Notes under the pieces: model-generated | Seen by the model: the letters and a program-made list of their open reading frames with translations, nothing else | Told to the model about the DNA's origin: nothing | Database searches by the model: none | From: an uncultured Chryseolinea sp. | GTDB lineage: Bacteria > Bacteroidota > Bacteroidia > Cytophagales > Cyclobacteriaceae | Length of the DNA stretch: 64,000 bases | Direction: 5' to 3' | NCBI GenBank assembly: GCA_964484845.1 | Contig: CAZAHL010000001.1 | Coordinates: forward strand, 2,878 to 66,877 | Translations under genes and position numbers: made by a program | In this document: positions 35,398 to 46,400 of the stretch, piece by piece | Layout of the letters: every line of letters starts with the position of its first letter | How positions within the stretch are numbered: the stretch's first letter is position 1

Positions 35398-36798
35398 TTA
35401 TTTACTTTTCAAAGCATAGGGTGAACGTTGAGGCCTGGATAGCATGTTATTGGCTTCTTCATCATTTTTGAATTGCTCTTTTGCTGGATCCCAATATACT
35501 TTTCTATCGACCTTCATGGCAATATGATGTACCAGGCAGGTTGAGCAAGAGCGATGCGCTTCTTCCATGGGTGCGATCGTCGCCTTATTATCCCGTATAC
35601 CTTCTAACCAATTGCCGTGGTGGTCCTTGCTTACAGCAAAATGAAACTCATCCGGGCCTATCACCGATTTAATAATCTTCGGATCGCTGGCATCCAGCGG
35701 CTTGGTGCCATCCGAGTTTACAGGATCACTTGAGGTTGCCTGGTAGTTGCCTCGTGTTACAAATATCCAGCCTTTTGTGCCTTCAAACTTAATACCATTG
35801 GGCAACTCATTACTCACTATCATATGAACACCATTGGCGTACAGGGCTTCCGTTTTAAATATACCGTGAACATCCCATAAACCCTTCTTTGGAAATTCCG
35901 CATGTCCCCATACCTCAATGGGGCCCGAACGCTCCATCCCCATGCCCCAATGTGCAGAATCAATATGATGCGAGCCCCAACCCGTGATCATACCAGCTCC
36001 AAATTGCTCACAACGCAACCAACCCGGACGATCATAACCTTCCTGCGGATGAACTCTTTTTTCAGTGTAGTACACCATGGGCGTTGATCCCAACCACATA
36101 TCGTAATTAAGATTGGAAGGAACGGGCATTTCAGGTTCTTCTTCTCCTGAAGGATCTCCGGGTAATCCCACAGAAACTGTTTTTAATTGTCCGATGCGTC
36201 CGTTGCGCACCAGCTCCGCCGCATAACGGAATTGCTCTGATGAACGCTGCTGACTACCAATCTGAAATTTTACTCCGCTTTTCTGCACAATGTCACTGAC
36301 AATCCTTCCTTCTGAAATGGTAAGAGAGGCAGGCTTTTGCATGTAAATATGTTTCTTCGCATTCGCCGCAGCTATCGCGATCATCGCATGGGTATGATCT
36401 GGCGTACTGATGATCACCGCATCGATGTCTTTGCTACTGATCAGTTCCTTATAATCATGATATTCCTTTACACCATCAAAAGGTTTTCCATTTCGCTTCG
36501 TGTAGTACTCGTTAACCAGTGTTTTCCCTTCAGCAGCCCGCTTACTATCCACATCACAAACGGCAACTACCTGAGCAAAATCATATTTCCATACGCCAGG
36601 TAAATCGTGCCCGCGGGAAATACGACCGGTCCCGATCGCACCGATATTAATCCGATTGCTCGGCGCGTTTTTTCCAAATACACTCGCCGGCACAATGGAT
36701 GGGAAGCCCAGGGCTAAGGATGAAAGTGCAGTGGCTTTTACGGACGTCTGGAGAAATTTTCTCCGGGTGACGATAGTTTTATTTTTATTATTTTTCAT
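35398..36798 (-). CDS. Tat-exported Gfo/Idh/MocA-family oxidoreductase
   Basis: 466 aa. Twin-arginine signal TRRKFLQTS, Rossmann motif INIGAIGTGRISRGH, and the family block TPDHTHAMIAIAAANAKKHIYMQKP. Confidence 0.85.
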   Translation of the reverse strand: MKNNKNKTIVTRRKFLQTSVKATALSSLALGFPSIVPASVFGKNAPSNRINIGAIGTGRISRGHDLPGVWKYDFAQVVAVCDVDSKRAAEGKTLVNEYYTKRNGKPFDGVKEYHDYKELISSKDIDAVIISTPDHTHAMIAIAAANAKKHIYMQKPASLTISEGRIVSDIVQKSGVKFQIGSQQRSSEQFRYAAELVRNGRIGQLKTVSVGLPGDPSGEEEPEMPVPSNLNYDMWLGSTPMVYYTEKRVHPQEGYDRPGWLRCEQFGAGMITGWGSHHIDSAHWGMGMERSGPIEVWGHAEFPKKGLWDVHGIFKTEALYANGVHMIVSNELPNGIKFEGTKGWIFVTRGNYQATSSDPVNSDGTKPLDASDPKIIKSVIGPDEFHFAVSKDHHGNWLEGIRDNKATIAPMEEAHRSCSTCLVHHIAMKVDRKVYWDPAKEQFKNDEEANNMLSRPQRSPYALKSK

Positions 36799-36810
36799 AA
36801 CACTGAGAAT

Positions 36811-38063
36811 TTATAAGGATGAATGATTTTTTACGGTAACCTTGGGCGGCAACTTGTAGTACTGCCAGCCGCTTTCTGCCTGCTCTTTTGTAAAATGTCC
36901 GCTAAAAACAGTGAACCTATAGTGAAGGACATAAGTCTTACCTGGTTCAAGCAGCCAGTCCTTAGTTTTCGTTGGAGCGAACATGGCAAACATTTCACCC
37001 CGTTTGAATCTTCTGGCCATATACGCAAGGGTTCGGGATGATTGTAGTTGGTTGGATAAGACATCATAACTGCGCCACCATAATCGTTATCTAAAGCACC
37101 CTGAATGATGGTCCATCGTGCTGTGGTCCCGTCGGCGTCTTTACGAGTCTTGCCTTCCGAAGTAAGGACTTCGCTATTTTCCTTCTTCCACTTTTCAGTA
37201 GCCCGCCATCCAAGTCCTGCATAGCGATATTCAAGGATCAAGAATGGACTCGCACTCGCGCAATTCAATTGGATCGTTATATCGACAATATAATTATTCT
37301 GGTCATTTTCAGGACGGTAGACACGCACCGTTTGCAATTCATTCAACGCCACTTTTTCATTTCCATTTTTAAAAGCTACGTGCTCATGCAGTGCCTGATA
37401 TTCTGAATACACTGTTCCACCAGTGGCCGAAACAAAATGTCCAAAACGAACGGTTCCTTTCCTTCCTTTAATATTCCAAAAGTCTACCGTATCGCCTTCG
37501 AATAAAACGTGCGTCCATGGATTCCAGATTCCGTAATGATGATAGTGATCCGGGGGTTGTATACGGGTTAATACCTTTCCACTTGGTGTCCACAAGGGAT
37601 GGATGAAAGCGCTTCGCTTAAAAGCTGTGTCAATTCCTTGCGGTGGATAAACAGTTTTGAAATTATAGCGAAGAAAATTTTTCTCACCCGAATGAATCGT
37701 CAGCGTTCCATTTTCAACCTTGCCTTCGATGAGATCTCCCGGTTTTGCAGGTGTGTCCTTAACCAATTCATAAGTTCGCCTTCTGCTCTTATCATTTTCA
37801 GAATTGACCATCCAGTGTAATGCACGGCTACCGTTGTTTTCAATTTGAAATGAAACCGGGGTTCTCTTATTACCCTGTATCTCGACTAGATTTAAAACAG
37901 TGTCAGATAGAAATGTAACGCCGTCGAGATTCACCTTCGCTGGCACAGACAATCCATTAAGCGGTGTTGTAAACTCTACTTCCAGCGTTGCAATTTTTTG
38001 CGCAATGCCGGGAGCATGTAGTATTAAACAAATAACAAGCGTCAAAAATCGACAAGGAGTCAT
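36811..38063 (-). pseudogene. PmoA-family (DUF6807-like) secreted protein interrupted by a 1-nt frameshift in a C4/G4 run
   Basis: The long ORF (36831..38063) reads sensibly up to ...NHPEPLRIWPEDSNG, then turns into low-quality sequence. The plausible C-terminus RGEMFAMFAPTKTKDWLLEPGKTYVLHYRFTVFSGHFTKEQAE... is in the adjacent frame (ORF 36811..37020). The switch point is the cccc run at 36998..37001. Confidence 0.55.
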
Positions 38064-38142
38064 ATTACTGCTAAGGTACTCCTACAAAGGTGATCAATGC
38101 AATCGATTACACTATTAAGTTTACACGATTGGTAAATTTACG

Positions 38143-38172
38143 TTGTTGCATTTGTTGCATGCTTTGTTGCAT
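38143..38172. promoter_or_regulatory. Three direct copies of TTGTTGCAT (candidate operator or iteron)
   Basis: Copies at 38143..38151, 38152..38160 and 38164..38172, read directly. They lie in the divergent spacer between the PmoA-family operon and the FtsX permease gene. Confidence 0.35.
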
Positions 38173-38384
38173 AGATCATTATGCCGGAATACATGCATTC
38201 TCCAGATACCAACATTTACAAATATGCACAACGCCACGTTCAAGAATGAACAATAAATTCCCTGAAACCTCCTTCCATAGCGTCATATCGCAATGGCATG
38301 TTTGATGCAGATGCGGTCGGCAGCGTAACGTCGTTTCCTCAATACGCGTCCAAGGCAATAGAAATTGGTATAACTCTTCCGCTT

Positions 38385-40772
38385 ATGTTTAAAAATTATA
38401 TCGTCATTACTTTCCGCAACATCTTAAATAATAAGGTGTTCATTCTGATTAATGTGCTCGGAATGGGCGTAGCAGTAGCGTGTTGCATTGTTGCTTATCT
38501 AAACTGGGACTTCAGTACTAATTTTGACAAGAATCATGTGCATGCTGCACGTATTTACCGGGTTCAATCGTATCAAGATTACGAGGGCCAAAGAAACCGC
38601 CATGCCACTGTGCCTAATCCCCTCGGCAGCATTGTAAAACAAAATTTCAAAGAAATATCGAACGTGGTGCGTTACACCGCTTCAACCAGTAATATCCGGA
38701 TCGGAGATGAAGTATTCAATTCATCGATCGTCTATACCGATTCTGCGTTTTTTGATTTGTTCACTTTTAAACTCAAAGCAGGAAGTTTTTCAGCATTCCA
38801 TGACCCGAGTCAAATTTTTATAAGTGATGACCTCGCCCGAAAATATTTTAATACGGAAGAAGTGGCTGGCAGACAAATCACGCAGATAAACCATGGCAAA
38901 TTGAAAGAATTTATCATCGGAGGAGTATTTGAAATGCAGCCCCTCAATTCAAGTTTTGCATTTGATGCAATCACAGCGTGGGACAATTATGGGGATACGA
39001 TGGAGAACGAGCAGTCACTTGACAATGACTGGAAAAGTATGAGTACCTTGTTTCTTGAAATTAAGGACGAGTCTCGTGTAGACGTCATTACAAAACAACT
39101 GCAAGCCTATATCAAACCACAAAATAAGGCTCGTGAGGATTTCAAGTTAAGCGCGTATTATCTACAAAACTTTCAGACCCTGGCTGCTAATTTTTTTGGC
39201 GACACCTGGTTGAGTGGTGAACAGCTTAGGTGGGGCTTCCCACCTTCCGCGGTAGTTGGTCCAGGCATTATGGCAGTATTTTTACTTTTGCTGGCGTGTT
39301 TTAATTTTACAAACACTTCCATTTCTATGTCCGGAAAGCGACTTAAGGAAATCGGTATCCGGAAAACGATGGGCGGCATGAGTGGCCAATTGATCCTTCA
39401 GTTTTTAAGTGAAAGCATCATTCTCTGTTTCTTCGCATTAATAGTCGGTATGCTTCTGGCTGAATTCCTGGTACCGGCCTATAATAGCCTGTGGCCGGGA
39501 ATTAAACTAACGTTAAGTTATACTGATAACTTCTACTTTTTTGTTTTCCTTTTCATCTTACTTCTGTTTACCGGTTTTATTGGGGGGATTTATCCAGCCT
39601 TTTACATAACATCATTCAAGCCTGTAGCTATACTAAAAGGTAAAATGAAGTTTGGGGGAACAAACTGGTTTACACGTACACTTCTTACTTTTCAATTCAG
39701 CATCTCCCTGCTGTGTATCATCAGTGGAGTTGCCTACATTCGAAATGCGCAGTACCAACGCGACTATAGTTTAGGCTATTCGAAAAACGGTGTAATTATC
39801 GCGAGTATCCGTAATGAGAACGAGTTTAATACGTACCGAAATGCATTGATATCTAATAAGGATATTAATATCATCGCAGGTTCAAAAAATCATGTGTCTG
39901 ATAAATATTACAAAGAACCTGTGAAATTTGAAACCACGGAACATCAGGTTGAAATTGTGGACATCGGGGATGATTACCTAAAAGCAATGAATATTTCCTT
40001 AATTGAAGGCCGGGATTTCATAAAAGATTCTGAAACAGACAAAAAAGAATCTGTATTAGTATCTGAAGAGTTCGTAAAACAATTTGGTCTAAACGATAAC
40101 CCCATCGGTAAACGCCTGTTGTGGAGAGACAGCGTTCAACTCTACATTGTGGGTGTAGTGAATGATATTTTAACGGATGGTTTTTGGAAAGCCGCAGGTC
40201 CACTGATGTTACGTTATGTAAGTCCGGAACAATACGTTCAAATTGTAGTCAGCACTTCTCCTGAAAAATTATTGGCCGTAAATGATTTCATGAAACAGGA
40301 ATGGAAAAAGATATTGCCTAATACAATGTATAGCGGAAAGTATACCGATGGCAACATGTATGCCGCTCAATTGATCAATACGAACGTGGTTAAAATTTTC
40401 GGTTTCCTTGGGGTTATTGCAGCGCTGATGTCGGCTACTGGTCTATACGCGTTGCTATCCCTGAATATTCAAAAGAAGTTAAAAGAAATTGGTGTTCGGA
40501 AAGTACTCGGCGCATCGGTTGTAAACATCGTGCGCGTTATTAATCTTGAGTTTGTTACTATTCTGTCGGTTGCTTCCGTTTTTGGAGGAACGCTAGGTTA
40601 TTTCATGACCGATAAAATGATGGATGCGATTTGGGAATATTACCTGGGCGTAAATGTTTCAACGCTCGCCATTTGCATTGTCTTGCTTTTTGTCGTCGCT
40701 GCCATTACCGTTGGTTACAAAACCATCACAACCGCTTTTATGAATCCAGTAAATACGCTGCGGGATGAATAA
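38385..40772 (+). CDS. FtsX/MacB-like ABC transporter permease, second paralog, no adjacent ATPase
   Basis: The start is moved to MFKNYIVITFRNILNNKVFILINVLG (38385). The FtsX signatures are KEIGIRKTMGG and KEIGVRKVLGAS. Confidence 0.85.
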   Translation: MFKNYIVITFRNILNNKVFILINVLGMGVAVACCIVAYLNWDFSTNFDKNHVHAARIYRVQSYQDYEGQRNRHATVPNPLGSIVKQNFKEISNVVRYTASTSNIRIGDEVFNSSIVYTDSAFFDLFTFKLKAGSFSAFHDPSQIFISDDLARKYFNTEEVAGRQITQINHGKLKEFIIGGVFEMQPLNSSFAFDAITAWDNYGDTMENEQSLDNDWKSMSTLFLEIKDESRVDVITKQLQAYIKPQNKAREDFKLSAYYLQNFQTLAANFFGDTWLSGEQLRWGFPPSAVVGPGIMAVFLLLLACFNFTNTSISMSGKRLKEIGIRKTMGGMSGQLILQFLSESIILCFFALIVGMLLAEFLVPAYNSLWPGIKLTLSYTDNFYFFVFLFILLLFTGFIGGIYPAFYITSFKPVAILKGKMKFGGTNWFTRTLLTFQFSISLLCIISGVAYIRNAQYQRDYSLGYSKNGVIIASIRNENEFNTYRNALISNKDINIIAGSKNHVSDKYYKEPVKFETTEHQVEIVDIGDDYLKAMNISLIEGRDFIKDSETDKKESVLVSEEFVKQFGLNDNPIGKRLLWRDSVQLYIVGVVNDILTDGFWKAAGPLMLRYVSPEQYVQIVVSTSPEKLLAVNDFMKQEWKKILPNTMYSGKYTDGNMYAAQLINTNVVKIFGFLGVIAALMSATGLYALLSLNIQKKLKEIGVRKVLGASVVNIVRVINLEFVTILSVASVFGGTLGYFMTDKMMDAIWEYYLGVNVSTLAICIVLLFVVAAITVGYKTITTAFMNPVNTLRDE

Positions 40773-40840
40773 TAAAAACTTTGGATACCTAATTCGTGCG
40801 AACTGAAGAGGCACGTATTTAATACAGACTTATTAACTTA

Positions 40841-41248
40841 TTAATTAAGGCGAAAAGAAAATTCTTGTGCTATCAATCTTCGAATCTCATCCCGTGACAA
40901 CGGTTTATTGTAGTAATACTTAATTCCTAATTCTTTTGTTCTTGCAAGGTCTCTTGGATCAGCAGAGGAAGTTAATACAACAATCGTAATAGCGTTTTTA
41001 TTGGGTAAGTCAATGGCTGCAAAAGCCTCGAGAAATTCATATCCGTTCATGATGGGCATGTCCAGATCCAGGAAAATAATATCGGGCATTTGCATCTTTC
41101 CGCTCTTATAGAGCTCCAGAATCTCTAACGCTTGCTGACCATTCGATGCAAAGCTGATCTCATTGGCCAGATCTAACGACGCGATGGTCTTTTCGCTGAG
41201 GAAATTAAAGATCTTATCGTCATCGACTAATAATATATTTTTTTTCAT
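40841..41248 (-). CDS. Stand-alone response-regulator receiver protein (CheY-like)
   Basis: 135 aa. ILLVDDD, the phosphoacceptor context IIFLDLDMPIMNG, and TSS and K residues in the expected positions. There is no output domain. Confidence 0.85.
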   Translation of the reverse strand: MKKNILLVDDDKIFNFLSEKTIASLDLANEISFASNGQQALEILELYKSGKMQMPDIIFLDLDMPIMNGYEFLEAFAAIDLPNKNAITIVVLTSSADPRDLARTKELGIKYYYNKPLSRDEIRRLIAQEFSFRLN

Positions 41249-41601
41249 GCCCCTCCTGTTTTCCCTGCAAATATAGAATTTTTATATTTTATTCCTACCA
41301 TGTGTCAAATCTGAGTCGGTGACATTGGGTTAGTAATCAGGACCTTGGCTATTATATGAGATAATTCGATGAACTTCATGACACGCTTGTTTAACCATGT
41401 TTTTCACACCTGTCCAGACACTAGGGAAACCGTTGTAAGTAGCAGCTGAATGATTACACTTTAAGCTTGAGAGATCGAATGCCCTCCATTCGTTCCATTG
41501 CCTCAACCTTAGGATTTCTAAAAAAGTATGGATTATACTTCGGGTAAACTGAAGGTTTTGTCGTTTTTTTTTCTTAAAGTTGAAAACGTTTGCGAAACAA
41601 G

Positions 41602-42219
41602 ATGGCCGGCGATTCTTCTCCCCACCCTACCAACCAACATCACACGGATGAGGCTCTGATAGAAATGCTTTGCTCTGGATGTCATCAGGAGGAAGCCTTG
41701 GAGCACATCTTTCAAAGATACCATTTGCGACTTTTCCGCATCACAAACAATGTTTTGCAAGACGAAGACCTCTCGAAAGACCTTGTTCAGGACATCTTGA
41801 TTGATCTGTGGAACCGCCGCGCTGACTCCCAAATTAAAACGCTGTCAGCCTATCTCCTGAGAGCAGCTAAGTTTCAGATTCTGAAGCATCTTAGAAATGG
41901 CAAGCTTCGCGAAAAGCACCTCAAAACAATGGAGACAATTCAGTTTGTTAACCAGACTGAAGATTCTGTTAATTTCGCTGAGTTGGAGCGGGTATTGAAC
42001 GATAGCGTGGAGCAACTACCTCCACGATGCCGGGAAGTTTTTGTTCTTAGCCGTTTTGAGAACATGACCAATAAAGAAATTTCTGAAAAACTGAAAATAT
42101 CACCCAAGACAGTAGAAGTGCAGATCACCAAAGCGCTTTCATTTTTGCGCACACAGATGAATGGTAGCGTGTTTACGCTCTCTATGTTGCTGACCTTTTT
42201 CAAGCAGGATTCCTTTTAA
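41602..42219 (+). CDS. ECF-family RNA polymerase sigma factor of the GH43/GH105 SusCD locus
   Basis: The start is taken at ATG 41602. Region 2 reads DLVQDILIDLWNRR. Region 4 reads LPPRCREVFVLSRFENMTNKEISEKLKISPKTVEVQITKAL. A FecR-like gene follows. Confidence 0.85.
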   Translation: MAGDSSPHPTNQHHTDEALIEMLCSGCHQEEALEHIFQRYHLRLFRITNNVLQDEDLSKDLVQDILIDLWNRRADSQIKTLSAYLLRAAKFQILKHLRNGKLREKHLKTMETIQFVNQTEDSVNFAELERVLNDSVEQLPPRCREVFVLSRFENMTNKEISEKLKISPKTVEVQITKALSFLRTQMNGSVFTLSMLLTFFKQDSF

Positions 42220-42290
42220 ATCTCAAAAAACTCAGACCTGGAGTAGGGGATCGTTAACGTTTGCGGTACTATCTATTAGTACGAGAGCAA

Positions 42291-43253
42291 ATGACCAAAG
42301 AAGAATTCCATAAACTGACTGACAAGTATCTTGCAGGGAATGCATCTCCTGATGAAGCGAGGCTTATTGATAGTTTTTTTAATACTTACGAAAAGAAAGG
42401 CGACCCTCAACGGGAAAGTATCAAGAGTAAACAGATGCAGGCGGCTTTCCAAAAGTGGAAGCAGGCCGAATTGTTTCCACGAAAACATTCTGCAAATGTT
42501 TTACGACGTCGTGTAGCATACTTCATGATACCGATCCTCATAGGATGCAGTTTTTTTTTAGTCTACCGTAGCGGCCTGCCGGAAACAAAGACACGTGAAA
42601 TAACGCAGACCTCGAATAACGGTCAACGATTGATCATTACTCTTTCTGATGGATCTATTATACGGATGAATGCGGGGAGTGTCATTTCCTATCCTGAAAA
42701 GTTTGCAATCGATAAGCGAGAGGTTACGCTAACCGGCGAAGCCTTTTTTGAAGTGGCAAGAGATACAAAACGTGCCTTCACGGTGCGTACTGGAGATCTA
42801 ACGACAACTGTCTTAGGTACCCATTTTAATGTTCAGGCATTTCCCGATGAAAAGATCAGTGTAACGGTGGAGACCGGAAAAGTTGAGCTAATAGCCAGTC
42901 GTGGTGACCGGGATACACATGTCATCCTTACGCCCAGACTTCAAGGAGTATTTGATCCCACTCAGAAGAGTATAACCACATCCGAGGTAGATCTGAATCT
43001 TTTCCTTGCTTGGAAGAATGGTGTGCTGAGATTTGAAGATTCAACGATGGATGAAGCGGCTGCGATGCTGGAGCGATGGTATGATGTTCAAATAAATTTT
43101 GAGAACGATAGCATCAAATATTGCCGCATTAACGGCCAGTATAAAAACCAGGCGATAAACAATGTATTGGAGAGTTTCCGATACATGTATAAGATTGATT
43201 ACAAGTTTACCAATCAAAACACCGTCTTGCTTTACGGGCAAGGGTGCAACTAA
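42291..43253 (+). CDS. FecR-family anti-sigma factor / sensor
   Basis: The start is at MTKEEFHKLTDKYLAGNASPDEARLIDSF (42291). It has a single TM helix, the FecR domain block (TLSDGSIIRMNAGSVISYP...LTGEAFFEV) and a C-terminal domain ending LLYGQGC. Confidence 0.85.
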   Translation: MTKEEFHKLTDKYLAGNASPDEARLIDSFFNTYEKKGDPQRESIKSKQMQAAFQKWKQAELFPRKHSANVLRRRVAYFMIPILIGCSFFLVYRSGLPETKTREITQTSNNGQRLIITLSDGSIIRMNAGSVISYPEKFAIDKREVTLTGEAFFEVARDTKRAFTVRTGDLTTTVLGTHFNVQAFPDEKISVTVETGKVELIASRGDRDTHVILTPRLQGVFDPTQKSITTSEVDLNLFLAWKNGVLRFEDSTMDEAAAMLERWYDVQINFENDSIKYCRINGQYKNQAINNVLESFRYMYKIDYKFTNQNTVLLYGQGCN

Positions 43254-43423
43254 GATTTATGACGAGTACTTACGATACTTCATAGTACACCGCGGTTTTA
43301 CTTCGACTGAAAGGTCATGGAAAGCCGACAATAGAAAAAAGTCCGGATCCTCTTGAACTTGGCGGGACATCGGGAGCCGGACTAACGCCGAAATAAATAT
43401 CATTTACTTCAACCCTTCAATTT

Positions 43424-46400
43424 ATGAAAATTACTTTAGCTAAACTGTTAAAGTTTATGTCAATGCAATGTTTGATTGCTGTGATTATCCAGGCGACGAC
43501 GTTGCATCTCCTTGTCGCAGAGAATACACATGGTCAAAACCTGAAGGATACAAGGTTATCGTTCAAGGTTACTGAGGAAAGATTAGTCGATATATTCGAG
43601 ATCATTCAAACCAAATCACCGTTTGTTTTCGCTTATCCGGATGATATCAAAAATGATAAGAGCCGGTTTTCGCTGTCATTCCGGGACGAAAGCCTGAAAT
43701 CAATACTGGAGAAGCTTGGTCAGGAAGCAAAACTGAAATTTAAAAGTATTAACAACACGATCACCGTTGTATTTGATGAAAAACTAATCGAAAAAGGTCA
43801 GTCGACGGGCGCTCCCTTATTAGCGGTTAACGTAACGGGTACTGTCAAAGATGACGCGAACACTCCTTTACCAGGCGTGAACGTGCTGGTAAAGGGTACC
43901 ACCACTGGTACATCCACGGATGCCAATGGAGTTTATTCGATCACCGTTCCGGACGAGAACTCTGTATTGACGTTTTCTTTTATTGGCTACGAAAACCAGG
44001 AAGTGACTGTAGGCACCAAAACGGTAATCGACGTTTTGCTGAAGACGGATATTCAGTCACTGCAAGAAGTGGTAGTGATTGGTTACGGTACGGTTAAAAA
44101 ATCGGATCTGACAGGCTCCGTAGTGTCGATGCGGAATAAAGATCTTACCTCCATTCCAGTGACTAATGCCCTTGAGGTAATGCAGGGAAAGGTGCCGGGA
44201 CTTGACTTAACCAAATCCAGCGGGCAGCCTGGTGCCGCGTTAAATTTTACAATCCGTGGTAACCGATCATTAAATGCAGGTAATCAGCCGATGATCCTTG
44301 TTGATGGCATAATATACGGGTCTGCCATGGATGTTAACCCAAATGACATTGCTTCTATTGAAGTGCTTAAAGACGCGGCATCGACGGCGATCTATGGTAC
44401 ATTAGGAGCCAACGGTGTTATACTGATCACTACCAAAAAGGGAGCACAAGGCAAGAGTAAGGTTTCGATCAACAGCTACTATGGCATACAGGAATTAAGT
44501 GGTTATGAACATATGATGACAGGACCCGAGTGGGTTGAACTTCGACGTGAATCAAGAAAAACCGTCGGCGAATGGGACGGTCCTGAGGATGACGTGAACA
44601 TATTCCCTCCGGCGCAACTGGAAAACTTTCAGAATGGAATTTACACAAACTGGGCTGATGAGCTGCTGCGGAAAGGAAGTCAACAAAACCATCAGGTCAG
44701 CATTTCGGGTGGCGATGAGCGGCTATCGTACTATTTTTCCATGGAATATTTTAATGAGAAAGGACTGCTCCTGAACGACGAACTAAATCGCTACAGTGGA
44801 AGGTCATCCGTAGATTACAAGTTCAGTGACAAGTTGCGTCTTTCAACGAACCTGATGTATACCATTAAGGATCATGACCGGCGCAAAGATCCGCTGAATC
44901 AGGCAAACAAGATGAGCCCGCTTGGAGCACCGTACGATGCAGAAGGCAAAGTGAACACGTTCCCGCTAGGAGATCTTAATCCAAGCCCACTGGTTGATGA
45001 AGTACCAGGGAACTGGGTTGATAACGAGTTAAATAAAAGATTCTTTGGAAATATTTCGCTGGATTGGACGATTACTAACAAGATTGTTTTCACATCACGG
45101 CTGGGACTTGATCAGGCCAATTTCAGGCGTGGTCTTTTTGCAGCCAGTAATACAATAGAGGTCGGTCCAAATGGGCAATCATTAGCCCGCATAACAGACG
45201 AATCGAGTTCGCGAACCACCTGGGAAAATTTTGCCAACTATACAACCTCTTTCTCCAATCACGAAATCCAGTTCATGCTGGGCAGTAGCATTTGGGCAAC
45301 CAGGACTGAGACAAACTTTGCTGAAGGAAGGAATGTGTTATCGCCGACCATGTTGTTTCATAACCTGGGTGCAAGTCAAAATACTATCGCGGTGGGAAGT
45401 GAGCTAGTTGAAACGTCGTTGGCCTCATTTTTCGGGAGATTAAACTATAAGCTAAATAATAAGTATTTGTTCACAGGGGTAATAAGAACGGACGGTTCCT
45501 CGGTGCTGGCGCCTGGAAAAAAATGGGGGTTCTTCCCTTCTGTAGCGCTCTCGTGGATAATGAAAGAGGAGCAATTTCTCAGTGGTGCAGAAGCCATCAG
45601 TGACTTGAAGCTCAGGCTTAGTTACGGAGTTTCCGGAAATAGCGCCGTCGATCCTTATCAGACTCAGGGCGGCCTGTCAAAGAGTACCTATGCGTTTGAC
45701 GCAGGCAATACTGAGGTTGGTGCATTTGGCTTTTATCCTTCGCTGATTGCAACTCCTGATCTGAGTTGGGAGACCACGGCGACGACTAATTTCGGGATCG
45801 ACTTTGGTTTCTTCAATGGGAAAATATCCGGAGCTCTTGATGTCTATCAACAAGATACGAAGGACCTCCTTATGAAACGGGCTATTCCGACCTCTTCGGG
45901 TTTCAGTACTTCGTGGGATAACATTGGAAGCACCCGGAACAAGGGAATTGAATTGTTGCTTACCACGATCAATTCCGATCGTCCGAACGGAATCAAATGG
46001 ACCACCGACTTTACGTTTGGGGCCAATCGCGAGGAGATCGTGAAGCTGGTGGATGGTGACCGGGATCTTGCAAACGGATGGTTTGTCGGTTATCCGATCG
46101 ATTCTCATTATGATTATCAGAAGACTGGCATCTGGCAACTTGGTGAAGAGGATCTTGCTTCTGAGAACCAGCAGATCCCTGGCGAGATTCGCGTGAATGA
46201 TCAAGATGGAGATAACCTTATTACACCTGAAGACCGGGTTATTTTAGGAAGCGAGGTTCCCAAATTCAGTCTCGGCCTCAACAATCGGATTTCTTATAAG
46301 AATTTCGAGCTGGCCTTTTTTATCTATGCGCGGCAGGGCCAGACAATAAAGAGTGAAGCGGCTAATTCATATAAGATCGATGCTTTGGAAAACGGCCCTA

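Noticed and set aside
40773-40840. Possible bidirectional terminator CGTGC-gaactgaagag-GCACG between the FtsX permease and the receiver gene. A similar weak candidate, CCCGA...TCGGG, lies at about 2766..2786.
   Set aside because: The stems are only 5 bp with long loops and no clear U-tract. That is too weak to annotate.
41533-41832. 99-aa minus-strand ORF overlapping the start of the ECF sigma gene.
   Set aside because: It is antisense to a well-supported sigma-factor CDS and has no recognisable features.
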